Part shown: in pieces, positions 17,687 to 26,865 of the stretch
Layout: every line of letters starts with the position of its first letter
Numbering within the stretch: position 1 is the first letter of the stretch
Virus record (IMG/VR): IMGVR_UViG_3300017708_000540
Length of the DNA stretch: 38,649 nt
From: a virus
Direction: 5' to 3' (one strand)
Translations under genes and position numbers: made by a program
The notes under the pieces: generated by a model
Database searches by the model: none
Told to the model about the DNA's origin: nothing
What the model saw: only the letters and a program-made list of their open reading frames with translations

Positions 17687-18834
17687 TGGGATTATTAGAC
17701 AATACATATCTTGGAAGTATATTTGACGATTGGAAAAATCGAAATGTTGAAGATATATTTAAAAATGCAGATACAAGTAGAGCAACAGGAAATTTAGATA
17801 CTGCTGGTGGAGTAATTTCTTCTGATCCATTGAGACGAGTTACTAGACAAGATGGTGTTAAAGTTCCAATTAAAACTTCAAATAGAAATGTACCACAAGC
17901 TAATCAACAAAATAAACAAGCAGCTATGATGAGTCCTTCAAATACTCAATCTTTATTTCAATCTCAAACACCTATGCCTATGAAAGAACCATCAGATCCA
18001 ATAGTAACTGGTGGACAAGGTACACAACAAGCTGACATGGGATTCTTACAAAGATTGTCTAATATGGCAGGTGTAGATATGGATAAAGCTATGGCTACTT
18101 GGAAAGATAAAGGTGGCTTTGAAGGTCTTATGGCTAATCCTGCATTTACAATTGGTTTAGCATTTATGCAAGCAGGAGCTGAAGGTAAAAGTTTAGGTCA
18201 AGGTGCATTAGATAATGTATTAAAAGCAGGAGCTATATCACAAAACTATAAAAAAATTATAGCTGACAGAAAACAAGCTCCTATACAAGCTACATCTACA
18301 GATATTGCTGAAGTTAAATCATTGTTAGAAACAATGAATATAGAAAAACCTAATGTAATAGAAAGAATTGTAGGTAAAGTTAAAGGTAAAAATGTAACTG
18401 CTATGTTTGATATAGCAGCTGAAGATATTGCAGTTGAATTACAAAAAGAAATGCAAAGACTTCAAGATGCAAACAAAACAAATAAACCACTTGTATTTGA
18501 TACTAGACGTAAATTAAAAATTATAGAAAGATTAATTAAAGAAGGCAAATTTAAGAAAAAAGGTGGAATACCATTTGTTACTTCTGCTACATTAGAATCA
18601 GATGTTAATGTTCCTACAAGAGAACATGGTGGGCCAGTAAAAGCTGGTAAACCTTATGTTGTAGGTGAAGTTGGCCCTGAAATAATTATACCTACTTCAG
18701 ATGGTAATGTACTATCCAATGATGATTCACAAATATTTAATATGCTATTAGCATCTAACCCACAATTACAAAAGGTATCTAAGCAAAGAGCTGAAAAAAT
18801 ACTTAGAGCTAGATTCCCTGAATATTTTGAATAG
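17686..18834 (+). CDS. Internal virion/ejection protein with tape-measure-like C-terminal motif
   Basis: 382 aa. HGGPVKAGKPYVVGEVGPEIIIPTSDGNVLSN matches the GG.V.AG.PY.VGE.GPE...P motif common in tape-measure and injection proteins. Confidence 0.5.
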   Translation: MGLLDNTYLGSIFDDWKNRNVEDIFKNADTSRATGNLDTAGGVISSDPLRRVTRQDGVKVPIKTSNRNVPQANQQNKQAAMMSPSNTQSLFQSQTPMPMKEPSDPIVTGGQGTQQADMGFLQRLSNMAGVDMDKAMATWKDKGGFEGLMANPAFTIGLAFMQAGAEGKSLGQGALDNVLKAGAISQNYKKIIADRKQAPIQATSTDIAEVKSLLETMNIEKPNVIERIVGKVKGKNVTAMFDIAAEDIAVELQKEMQRLQDANKTNKPLVFDTRRKLKIIERLIKEGKFKKKGGIPFVTSATLESDVNVPTREHGGPVKAGKPYVVGEVGPEIIIPTSDGNVLSNDDSQIFNMLLASNPQLQKVSKQRAEKILRARFPEYFE

Positions 18835-18842
18835 GAAATAAA

Positions 18843-19496
18843 ATGATTAAAAAATTTATTATTAGAAAAAGTCCTAAGTTTAAAGGTATTACTAAATTAC
18901 CAGCACAAAAAAAACCTAAAGTAAAACCATTTAGTTCTGATGCATCTATATTAAGACAACATAGAGCTGAAAAACTTGCAGCTAAATCTGAAGCTAGTGC
19001 TATGTCTATTGGTTTGGAAAGAGTAAGAGCTAAAGGTATGCAATTATTTAGTAAAACAAAATTTTATAAAACAAAACCTGGTACTAATTTTACTGTTAAA
19101 ACAACAGAAGGTAAAAGAGCTTTAGGTATTGTTGAAAGAGCTAAAACTAGAGCTATTAAAATAGCTAGAACTAAAGGTATATCTACTTTAGAATCTAAAA
19201 GTAAATCTTTAAATGTACCTATTAGAAGATATGGTAGTCAAAAATCTAAATTTGTTCAAAAACTTACAGAACAAGAATCAAGAGAATTAGGTTTTCCACC
19301 ATCAGAAGTTTTTAAATCAAGTAAAAAAACTCCTATGACTGATGTAGATAAAGTTTTAAGTCAATTTTCTACAGCAGAAAAATTTAATCCTAAAACAGGT
19401 AAATATCAAACTATAAGAAGATATGATATAAGAACTAAATCTGGAAGAATGGGTAGAGCACCAACTTATAGAGAATTACAAAAACGTAAAAAATAA
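18843..19496 (+). CDS. Highly basic (K/R-rich) protein, possible nucleic-acid-binding internal protein
   Basis: 217 aa, dominated by K, R, S and T throughout. It sits between ejection-type genes. Confidence 0.45.
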   Translation: MIKKFIIRKSPKFKGITKLPAQKKPKVKPFSSDASILRQHRAEKLAAKSEASAMSIGLERVRAKGMQLFSKTKFYKTKPGTNFTVKTTEGKRALGIVERAKTRAIKIARTKGISTLESKSKSLNVPIRRYGSQKSKFVQKLTEQESRELGFPPSEVFKSSKKTPMTDVDKVLSQFSTAEKFNPKTGKYQTIRRYDIRTKSGRMGRAPTYRELQKRKK

Positions 19497-22400
19497 TGGC
19501 TAACGATTTTGATCTTAATGAACCAAAACTTAGAGATCCAGTTAGACAAATACCAGATGGTTTACAAGAACCTATAGAAGATAAAACTCCTGGCTTCTTT
19601 CAATCTTTAAGAAATCCTTATCATCTTATGCTGGAAGAATCTTTACCAGCATCATTCTATCAATGGATCACAGGTAATACTAAAAAAAAACAAGCTGAAG
19701 AAGCTCTTGCGTATTTACGTAATAATCCTGATCAGCAAGGAACATCACTATATAAAACAGCAGAACGTAAGCTACAAAGGTTTGGCTATTTATTAGAAGA
19801 TGGGCCACAAACTATAGACATGAAAGAGGTTGGAAATATGGTTAAATCCAATCCTGGTCTATTTGGTGCAGAGCTTGTTAATATGCTTATGGCAGATCCT
19901 TATTTATTATTTATGCCACTTGGTTGGCACAAATTAGGTAGAGGTGTAGTTAATGCTATTAAATTAAGAAATCAAAAAGTACTCACTCTATCTAAAGTAT
20001 CTAAATCAAAAGCTAAAGCAATGTCAGATATTAAAGTAGGTGCATTTGCTACTCTTGCTACGCCATTTACATTTTCTTCTTTATGGCAACTATCAGAAGA
20101 TAGAACATTAGATCCTAAAAGAACTACTATAGAAACTACAATTGGAGCTTCTGCTGGAGCTTTAATATCTGTAGGTTTTGCAGGAACAGGTCATTTATTA
20201 CAAAAAGCTACTAACTTACCTAGAGCTAATATACATAATATACAAAACAAAATTTACGAAAAATATAAAGTTAAACCTGAAAGAATATTAGAAACAAACG
20301 ATAAAGGTATATATCGTACTGTTGATGAAATCATAGATGAGATTAAAACATCTACAAAAGAAATAGCAGATCCAGAAAAATTTGAAGTAATGAAAGCAGA
20401 CATAACTGCTGCTATTAGATCTGTTAATGAAAACGCCAAAGATATGGCTATAGCTAACTCTCTTAAAGTTGCAGGATCATTAGCTGCTATAGGTGGTACA
20501 GCACAATTTCTTACAGCTGATGATGAAAAACTATTAGCGACTGCTAAAGGAGCTGCTGCTGGTGTTGGTGTTTATGCTGCAGCAAAATTATTAGGCAAAA
20601 CATTTAAAAAAACTTCTAAAGAATATGATGAAGCAGCATTAGCTGGTGAAGCTGGTTTAGATACTATGACTATGAGTCAAGTTAAATTAAACTCAGCAGG
20701 TTATGAACTAGCTAACAAAGTTAAAATGATGATTCCAGATGCTATACATTCTAGACCTAAAATGTTTTATCATCTTACTAAAGCTAAAGTAGATAGAAAA
20801 ACATTTCTTTATGATCCTAAAGCTAAACCTATAACATTATCTGAGCTTACTGATGCAGAACAAAATGCTGCTAAAGTAATACAAAAATCATTTAATGAAT
20901 TTGAACAAATTTTTGGTAGAGAAGGTAGTGCTTTATTTAATAATAAAAGATCTAACTATCTACCTTTATTATGGGATCATTATAACCCACAGCAACAACC
21001 TTTTAAATTTGTAAAAGATTTTGATACAGCTGTAACTGGGCCTTCAGGTAAGTTTCAATTTTCTAGACGTGGTGTATTTGGAGATATAAATGCAGGTCTA
21101 CAAAAACAATATAAAATTAAACCTGGATATGATGACCCAGTAGAACTAATTAAAATATATACTCATGCTGCTGGTAAAGCTATGGCTACTAGAGCATTAA
21201 TAACTAATCTTGAAAGAGCAGATATTGGTGGTAAACCTTTACTTGTTAGAAGTGCAAAACTTACACCATTAGATGAAAACTATACTCAATTTAAACACCC
21301 TTATTTTGAAGATTCTAAACTAGGCACACCATACATACATAGAGGTATGGAAAAATCATTAAAAATGGTATTTGATGCTAGAGATGAGAATGCTTTATTA
21401 GGTGCTATCTTTACTACTAACCTTATGATGAAAAGATTAGCTGTTGGTTTTTCTTTCTTTCATGCTGGTGCATTAGTAGAAAGTATGATCTTTGCTGGTC
21501 ATAAAATGAAAACAATAGGTAAGATAATTAAACCTAATTCTAAAAAAGAACTACAAGATCTTATAGATAATCCTGCAAAATATATAGAAGATTTTCCACA
21601 TGCTGTAAATCAACTGGAACAAAATGGTTTTAGAGATGTAATACAATTTGCTAGAGGATCTGGTTTACAAATTAGTACACCTGAAGATGTAGGCTTTGAT
21701 AGATTCTATTTTAATTTAAGAGGATTACAAAAAACTAATATAGACCAAATGTGGAAAAGACATTTTGGTATATCACCTTCTGAAAAGGTAGAAAAAGTAT
21801 TTAGATGGTTTGACAAGATTACATGGGATAGAGTATTTACTCATGCTAAACTAACAACATTCTTACAAGCATTAGATAAAACAGTACAGCCAGGCGACAG
21901 CAAAGCTGTTATATATAGAAAAGCTCAAGCTGCAGCTCAGTTTTCTAATGATGCTTTTGGTGGTCAAGATTGGGCTAGAGTTTCTAACTCAATACAAACA
22001 CCATGGTTAAAAAGCATGATGCAAACTACATTTAATCCTGGTTCAAGAGGATATATGCAGCTACTTATGTTTGCACCAGACTGGACTATATCTAATGTAA
22101 GAATTATTGCTAAGTCATTACCTGCGTTTGAGTCAGATCCAAACTTACGTAGACTATATCAATATTATTTTTTAAGAGCAGCTTTAATATATGCAGCAGC
22201 AGGAACTGCATTAAACTATGCTTTTAGTGGACAATCTCTTTTAGAGAATACAGATCCAACTAGAATTAATTTAGGGAATGGACAAGTACTTACTTTCTCT
22301 AAACAATTAATGGAACCTTTTCATTGGATAACAGATCCACAATCTACAGGACTTAAAAAGATTGGATCATTACCAAGAACAACAATAGAAGTATTAACTA

Positions 22401-22702
22401 ATAAACAATACTTGACTACTAAATGGAGTCCAAACATCACTAAAAAAGATGATGAAGCTATTGAAAAAGGTTTAAAAATAGGTGGTCATGTTGGTATGAG
22501 ATTCTTACCTATATGGCTACAATCAGCTTCAAGGGATATTGCAGAAGGGTTAGAGAGAGATGGGTTGAGCTTAGATCTTGCTTCTGATGTAGCAGTTGAT
22601 TTTGTACTAGGACAAAGTGGTCATCCTAGATACCAAGGGCCACGTTATACACAATACAAAACGAAAGGACTCGTAAGGTCACCTTATGAGACATTGTTCT
22701 AA
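19496..22702 (+). CDS. Large internal virion/DNA-ejection protein
   Basis: 1068 aa, the largest gene in the genome. It has several hydrophobic G/A-rich segments (GASAGALISVGFAGTG, GSLAAIGGTAQFL, GAAAGVGVYAAAKLL). Its position matches that of podovirus core proteins. Confidence 0.55.
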   Translation: MANDFDLNEPKLRDPVRQIPDGLQEPIEDKTPGFFQSLRNPYHLMLEESLPASFYQWITGNTKKKQAEEALAYLRNNPDQQGTSLYKTAERKLQRFGYLLEDGPQTIDMKEVGNMVKSNPGLFGAELVNMLMADPYLLFMPLGWHKLGRGVVNAIKLRNQKVLTLSKVSKSKAKAMSDIKVGAFATLATPFTFSSLWQLSEDRTLDPKRTTIETTIGASAGALISVGFAGTGHLLQKATNLPRANIHNIQNKIYEKYKVKPERILETNDKGIYRTVDEIIDEIKTSTKEIADPEKFEVMKADITAAIRSVNENAKDMAIANSLKVAGSLAAIGGTAQFLTADDEKLLATAKGAAAGVGVYAAAKLLGKTFKKTSKEYDEAALAGEAGLDTMTMSQVKLNSAGYELANKVKMMIPDAIHSRPKMFYHLTKAKVDRKTFLYDPKAKPITLSELTDAEQNAAKVIQKSFNEFEQIFGREGSALFNNKRSNYLPLLWDHYNPQQQPFKFVKDFDTAVTGPSGKFQFSRRGVFGDINAGLQKQYKIKPGYDDPVELIKIYTHAAGKAMATRALITNLERADIGGKPLLVRSAKLTPLDENYTQFKHPYFEDSKLGTPYIHRGMEKSLKMVFDARDENALLGAIFTTNLMMKRLAVGFSFFHAGALVESMIFAGHKMKTIGKIIKPNSKKELQDLIDNPAKYIEDFPHAVNQLEQNGFRDVIQFARGSGLQISTPEDVGFDRFYFNLRGLQKTNIDQMWKRHFGISPSEKVEKVFRWFDKITWDRVFTHAKLTTFLQALDKTVQPGDSKAVIYRKAQAAAQFSNDAFGGQDWARVSNSIQTPWLKSMMQTTFNPGSRGYMQLLMFAPDWTISNVRIIAKSLPAFESDPNLRRLYQYYFLRAALIYAAAGTALNYAFSGQSLLENTDPTRINLGNGQVLTFSKQLMEPFHWITDPQSTGLKKIGSLPRTTIEVLTNKQYLTTKWSPNITKKDDEAIEKGLKIGGHVGMRFLPIWLQSASRDIAEGLERDGLSLDLASDVAVDFVLGQSGHPRYQGPRYTQYKTKGLVRSPYETLF

Positions 22703-22704
22703 CT

Positions 22705-22905
22705 ATGAGTAGACATACTGAAAATAAAGAAGAACTTGTAAAAGTTCATGGTGAAATAAACCTTATTAAACAGCAGTTAGATACTTTAGAAAATAACCAT
22801 TTAGCACATATAAAAAAAGATATAGATCGTATTTTATATGTTCTAGGAGCAGTAGGAATAGCTGTACTAGGTGAGCTGTTCGTGTTATTAAATAAAGTTC
22901 TATGA
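22705..22905 (+). CDS. Small membrane protein (coiled-coil N-terminus, C-terminal TM)
   Basis: 66 aa. The C-terminus ILYVLGAVGIAVLGELFVLL is hydrophobic. Confidence 0.45.
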   Translation: MSRHTENKEELVKVHGEINLIKQQLDTLENNHLAHIKKDIDRILYVLGAVGIAVLGELFVLLNKVL

Positions 22906-23165
22906 CAAAATTTATTTTAGTTCTATGGATGTGTAGTATGGCTACTGGTCAATGCCCATCTAGTAGTGTTTCAGGCTATCAATTTAACAATCATTTTGAT
23001 TGCGTAAATTTTGGATATGGTCTTGCACAAAAAACATTTAAAGCACTAGAAGAACTAGAAGATTACGATAAAAATTTTATAGAAGAAAGTAAATTAGTTG
23101 TTAAGTTTGAATGTAGACCTATAACAATTACCATACCAAAACCTAAGCCTAAGACACCAGCATAA
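22902..23165 (+). CDS. Small secreted/exported Cys-containing protein
   Basis: 87 aa with ATGA coupling. It has an N-terminal signal-like segment MTKFILVLWMCSMATGQC and a P/K-rich C-terminus. Confidence 0.4.
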   Translation: MTKFILVLWMCSMATGQCPSSSVSGYQFNNHFDCVNFGYGLAQKTFKALEELEDYDKNFIEESKLVVKFECRPITITIPKPKPKTPA

Positions 23166-23216
23166 AGTTGTACTTATCTGCTAGACAGATACAACACATA
23201 ATTGTATATCTTATGT

Positions 23217-23921
23217 ATGCCGAGCAAATCAATATTAGTAATAAGTGATCAACATGCTCCTTATCATCATATTGACACTCTGGATTTTTTAGCTGCTATA
23301 AAAGCTAAATACAAACCAGATACAGTAGTTAATATAGGTGATGAAATGGATTGGCATAGTATATCATTCCATGACTCACATCCTGGATTATACTCTGCTA
23401 GTCATGAACTAGAAGTTGCAAGAAGGTTTTTTCTACAATTAGAAAAACTATTTCCTAAACAATATATCATGGATAGTAATCATGGTAGTTTAGTATTTAG
23501 AAAAGCAACACGCTATGGTTTACCACACGAGATATTTAAATCTTACAATAGTATGCTTGGAGTTGGTAAAGGTTGGACATGGCACGAAGATCTAATATTA
23601 AAGGCATCTAATGGTCAAAAGATTTACTTCTGCCATGGTAAATACAAAGACGTTTTAAAGGTTGCTCAACAATATGGTATGTGTACTGTTCAAGGACACT
23701 ATCATACATCTTTCAAAATAGACTATTGGAGTAATCCAAATGAACTACTTTGGGGAATGCAAGTTGGGTGTTTAATTAACATGAAAAGTTTAGCTTTTGA
23801 ATATAACAAACTTCAGAAGTCTAGACCAGTAATAGGAACAGGAGTTATCATTGATGGGTTACCTAAGTTAATCCCAATGGTTTTAAAAAACAATGGCAGA
23901 TGGACAGGAAAAATTACCTAG
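23217..23921 (+). CDS. Calcineurin-like metallophosphoesterase
   Basis: Motifs appear in canonical order: ISDQHAP (DxH), NIGDEMD (GDxxD), DSNHG (GNH-type), FCHGK and QGHYH. I prefer the ATG at 23217 over the TTG at 23202 used in the ORF track. Confidence 0.75.
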   Translation: MPSKSILVISDQHAPYHHIDTLDFLAAIKAKYKPDTVVNIGDEMDWHSISFHDSHPGLYSASHELEVARRFFLQLEKLFPKQYIMDSNHGSLVFRKATRYGLPHEIFKSYNSMLGVGKGWTWHEDLILKASNGQKIYFCHGKYKDVLKVAQQYGMCTVQGHYHTSFKIDYWSNPNELLWGMQVGCLINMKSLAFEYNKLQKSRPVIGTGVIIDGLPKLIPMVLKNNGRWTGKIT

Positions 23922-24339
23922 AGGTATAAGAAATAAAAATCCAGGCAATATCAAATTAGGTACTGACTGGGATGGATTAGCATCAGAACAAACTGATCCA
24001 ATATTTTGTATTTTTGATGAAGCTGTAATGGGTATTAGAGCTCTAATGAGAATACTTTTAACTTACAGATTTACACATAAAAAAGCTAACGTTGATGAAA
24101 TTATTAGCAGATGGGCTCCACCCTCTGAAAATAATACAGAAGCATATATAGACTTTGTGTGTAAAAGAATGAACGTTAATCCTTTGGATAAACTAGATAA
24201 TAGTATTGAACACTATTTACCTTTAGTTAAATCAATTATTCAAATGGAAAATGGTCAACAACCATATGACGATGAACTTTTAGTAGAAGGAATGTATAAA
24301 GCCTGGGAAGGTTTACCTACAAATTCTTCTGCTTCTTAA
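23893..24339 (+). CDS. Putative cell-wall hydrolase (P5-like 'RNKNPGN' family)
   Basis: 148 aa. RGIRNKNPGNIKLGTDWDGL...F..F......GIRALMRILLTY......IISRWAPPSENNTEAYIDFV matches a family often annotated as structural protein P5 or lytic enzyme. Activity is unverified. Confidence 0.45.
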   Translation: MADGQEKLPRGIRNKNPGNIKLGTDWDGLASEQTDPIFCIFDEAVMGIRALMRILLTYRFTHKKANVDEIISRWAPPSENNTEAYIDFVCKRMNVNPLDKLDNSIEHYLPLVKSIIQMENGQQPYDDELLVEGMYKAWEGLPTNSSAS

Positions 24340-24357
24340 ACAAAGAGGTATTAAATA

Positions 24358-24738
24358 ATGTGGTTTAATTTATTATCTATGGGTATAAAGACTGCTAGTC
24401 ATATATACCAAAACAAACAAAAAACTAAACAATTAATGTCAGATGCTCAAATGAGACATGCTGAAAAAATGAGTACAGGTGAGATTGAATATAAAGCGAA
24501 AGTTATTGAGAGTAATGATAAAGGCTGGAAGGATGAGTTTGTCCTTGTTCTTATATCTGTTCCTATCCTTATATTGGGGTACTCTGTGTTCACTGACGAT
24601 CCTGAGATTCGTAATAGATTAGATATATTTTTTGAATATTTTAAACAACTGCCCTATTGGTATCAAGCTATATTTATAGGAGTCGTAAGTGCTATTTATG
24701 GTCTTAAAGGTGCAGACATTATGCGTAAACCAAAGTGA
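24358..24738 (+). CDS. Putative holin/membrane protein
   Basis: 126 aa with two clear TM segments (FVLVLISVPILILGYSVF and YQAIFIGVVSAIYGL). It lies next to the hydrolase-like gene. Confidence 0.45.
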   Translation: MWFNLLSMGIKTASHIYQNKQKTKQLMSDAQMRHAEKMSTGEIEYKAKVIESNDKGWKDEFVLVLISVPILILGYSVFTDDPEIRNRLDIFFEYFKQLPYWYQAIFIGVVSAIYGLKGADIMRKPK

Positions 24739-24941
24739 CCGAAGTAAGAGGTCAGTGCAAATGGTGCAATAGAGATATTGCCATGACTGAAGCATTTATA
24801 TCTTTAAAAGATAACGAATATTCTTGCCTTAAATGTTATAAACAATCAGGACATATGTTACCTTTTTGGGATAAAAATAATAGGTTTAAAGATGAGAGAC
24901 ACAAAATTATTAGAAGAACACAAAAAAAAAATAGAACATAA
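24735..24941 (+). CDS. Small zinc-ribbon protein
   Basis: 68 aa with two CxxC pairs (CKWCNRD ... CLKCYK) and a basic C-terminus. Confidence 0.5.
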   Translation: MTEVRGQCKWCNRDIAMTEAFISLKDNEYSCLKCYKQSGHMLPFWDKNNRFKDERHKIIRRTQKKNRT

Positions 24942-25056
24942 AGATAAAGAAATGCAGCTATTTAAACAACTTAAAAAAGAAGTTGAAACAAATGGTTTTG
25001 GTACAAGAGAATACGTAATTAAAAAAGGTATTAATAAAGGAAAAATTGCTAAATGA
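24892..25056 (+). CDS. Possible small ORF (54 aa; below the ORF-track cutoff)
   Basis: Translation is MRDTKLLEEHKKKIEHKDKEMQLFKQLKKEVETNGFGTREYVIKKGINKGKIAK. Its stop forms an ATGA overlap with the next gene. An alternative start is the ATG at 24952. It overlaps 24735-24941 by 50 nt across an A10 run. Confidence 0.3.
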   Translation: MRDTKLLEEHKKKIEHKDKEMQLFKQLKKEVETNGFGTREYVIKKGINKGKIAK

Positions 25057-25418
25057 AAATTAGTGAAGATACATCTGTAAGTATGCCAATTAAAAACATG
25101 TTAGCAATACTTGCTGGTGTTATTATGGGTGTATTTGGATATACAGAAGTAACTGCTAGACTTACATCATTAGAAACTTCACGAGAACTATTTGAAAATG
25201 ATTTGCTTAAAAAATCTGAACAAGTGCCTACAGACCAAGAACAACATTTTTTATTAGAAGATCTTTATAAAACTGTAGAGAAATTACAATCTACTCAAGA
25301 AATGAATATGACTAATAAAGTTAATATAGAATTTCTTAAAACACAATTAGATAAAGCATTAGAAGATATTGAAGATCTTAAAGATAAAGTAAGAGCTAAT
25401 GGTAATGGAGCACATTAA
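25053..25418 (+). CDS. Membrane-anchored coiled-coil protein (i-spanin-like architecture)
   Basis: 121 aa with an N-terminal TM (MLAILAGVIMGVFGY) followed by a long coiled-coil region. It lies in the lysis-like cluster. Confidence 0.35.
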   Translation: MKISEDTSVSMPIKNMLAILAGVIMGVFGYTEVTARLTSLETSRELFENDLLKKSEQVPTDQEQHFLLEDLYKTVEKLQSTQEMNMTNKVNIEFLKTQLDKALEDIEDLKDKVRANGNGAH

Positions 25419-25630
25419 TGGAATTAATTGTAGCTTTACTTATGATAGTAAATGGAGAAATCAAAGAACATAGAATACAAGAATCTATGTCAGATTGTCT
25501 TAAAGGTAAAAGAATTGCTATGCGTAGTAATAAAAATAATAACATAGTTTACCAGTGTATAAAGTCGATGGCTGAGCTTGAGTCAAACATCGATGGTAGT
25601 AAAAGTATTAAAAAACTTATATTAGATTAA
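25418..25630 (+). CDS. Hypothetical protein (last plus-strand late gene)
   Basis: 70 aa with TAATG coupling. No lipobox is seen, so I do not call it an o-spanin. Confidence 0.4.
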   Translation: MELIVALLMIVNGEIKEHRIQESMSDCLKGKRIAMRSNKNNNIVYQCIKSMAELESNIDGSKSIKKLILD

Positions 25631-25866
25631 TTATAATCTCTCTCTAATATCATTTCTAAATAATGGATAGCTTTTTCTATATCCTTACGTTTACCTTTTT
25701 TCTTGTGTCGGCATATATACTTAATGGCATTACCTTCGGCATATGGTAAATTATTTTCATTAATAAAATAAGCAGGTTCAACTTTCATATCTTTATAATG
25801 ATTGCCATCAACTTGTTTATTAAGTGTATTATAAGTCATATCTTTAAATATATCCTTGTGAGTCAT
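25627..25866 (-). CDS. DUF3310-like protein
   Basis: 79 aa. GNHYKDMKVEPAYFI....LPYAEGNAIKYICRHKKKGKRKDIEKAIHYLEMI matches the HY...E.I......F..GN.IKY..R...K....D..KA..YL pattern. Confidence 0.6.
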   Translation of the reverse strand: MTHKDIFKDMTYNTLNKQVDGNHYKDMKVEPAYFINENNLPYAEGNAIKYICRHKKKGKRKDIEKAIHYLEMILERDYN

Positions 25867-26174
25867 TAAAAATTTAATCTAAATTGACCAGACGTTTTAA
25901 CAGAACGTACTGGTTTTTTTTGTATTACATTAATTTGTTTATCTTTAAGTTGATACATATCTAACTTCATAGCTTTAGCAAACTTCATAGAAGCATATTC
26001 ATAATCAATATCTGCATAATGACATATTAATTTAAAATCATGAGAACTAGAAGTAAGCCAATGTATAGCTTCTCTTTTAGCAATAATCTCATATTTATTT
26101 AAACCATCATACATAGCATCTTCTATTGCTTGTGTTATGATAGCCCTAAAGAGCTTTCTTTCAGGACTTTTCAT
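25866..26174 (-). CDS. Hypothetical protein
   Basis: 102 aa with SD AAGGA. TAATG coupling to the downstream gene. Confidence 0.5.
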   Translation of the reverse strand: MKSPERKLFRAIITQAIEDAMYDGLNKYEIIAKREAIHWLTSSSHDFKLICHYADIDYEYASMKFAKAMKLDMYQLKDKQINVIQKKPVRSVKTSGQFRLNF

Positions 26175-26349
26175 CCTTTTTAATTACTTCGTAAAAAGTC
26201 TTAATAGGATGTAATTGACATTCTTCCCAATTAAAAGTTTTTGGATCTAGTCCTTTTAATATCTGTAAAGCTTTCTCATCTGATTCAGCTTCAATATATA
26301 TTTCAGATACTGCAGGAACATAGACCCAATTTTTAAACTTATAAATCAT
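26161..26349 (-). CDS. Hypothetical protein
   Basis: 62 aa with ATGA coupling to the upstream gene. Confidence 0.45.
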   Translation of the reverse strand: MIYKFKNWVYVPAVSEIYIEAESDEKALQILKGLDPKTFNWEECQLHPIKTFYEVIKKDEKS

Positions 26350-26672
26350 ATATTATTTTTACGTCTACTTGCTTCTAACGTTCTAAAGAGATCAATGATA
26401 AGTCCTTCTTTATCTCTTTTGTTTTCAAGCGTACTTGCTTTAACCTCTGCATTAAATAATTCCTGAATAGCTTCTTTATAAGTATCGCTTCCATAGTATG
26501 CTTGTTCCTTGGCAGAAATGCTTTTATCAATAGTATTGCCAGTGATATGGAGAGCTTTCTTCCTTTTAAGAAGCCTATCCAAATATTTAACTTCAGCATT
26601 AGCTTTAGCATTTTCCTCGTCTGTGTCTGCAAGATACTTCAACGATTCTTCTAATCGTTTCTCTGTAATCAT
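26346..26672 (-). CDS. Hypothetical coiled-coil protein
   Basis: 108 aa with SD TAAGGAGAA upstream of the ATG at 26672. Confidence 0.5.
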   Translation of the reverse strand: MITEKRLEESLKYLADTDEENAKANAEVKYLDRLLKRKKALHITGNTIDKSISAKEQAYYGSDTYKEAIQELFNAEVKASTLENKRDKEGLIIDLFRTLEASRRKNNI

Positions 26673-26788
26673 TATTATTCTCCTTATACATTTTATACAA
26701 TTTATTTACTAACTTTTCGTTATTGTATGTATTTATTCCCATAAACTCTAACTCTATTTTAAACATTGTGTAATCCATTTATTTTGTA

Positions 26789-26863
26789 CTGAGTAGTCAT
26801 ATCAATCCAAAGTATTTATTCTATAACTACTCAGCATTTCCTAACTAAGAGAGAAAAGGAAAT
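26789..26863 (-). terminator. Two hairpins downstream of the SSB gene
   Basis: ATTTCCT (26836-26842) pairs with AGGAAAT (26857-26863). CTGAGTAGT (26789-26797) pairs with ACTACTCAG (26826-26834). Both lie in the 193-bp gap after the stop at 26866. Confidence 0.35.
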
Positions 26864-26865
26864 CG

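Noticed and set aside
23167-23195. A hairpin after the structural block as a rho-independent terminator
   Set aside because: The structure (GTTGT...ATCTG-ctaga-CAGAT-ACAAC) has a 4-nt bulge, is AT-rich and has no U-tract. It is too weak to call.
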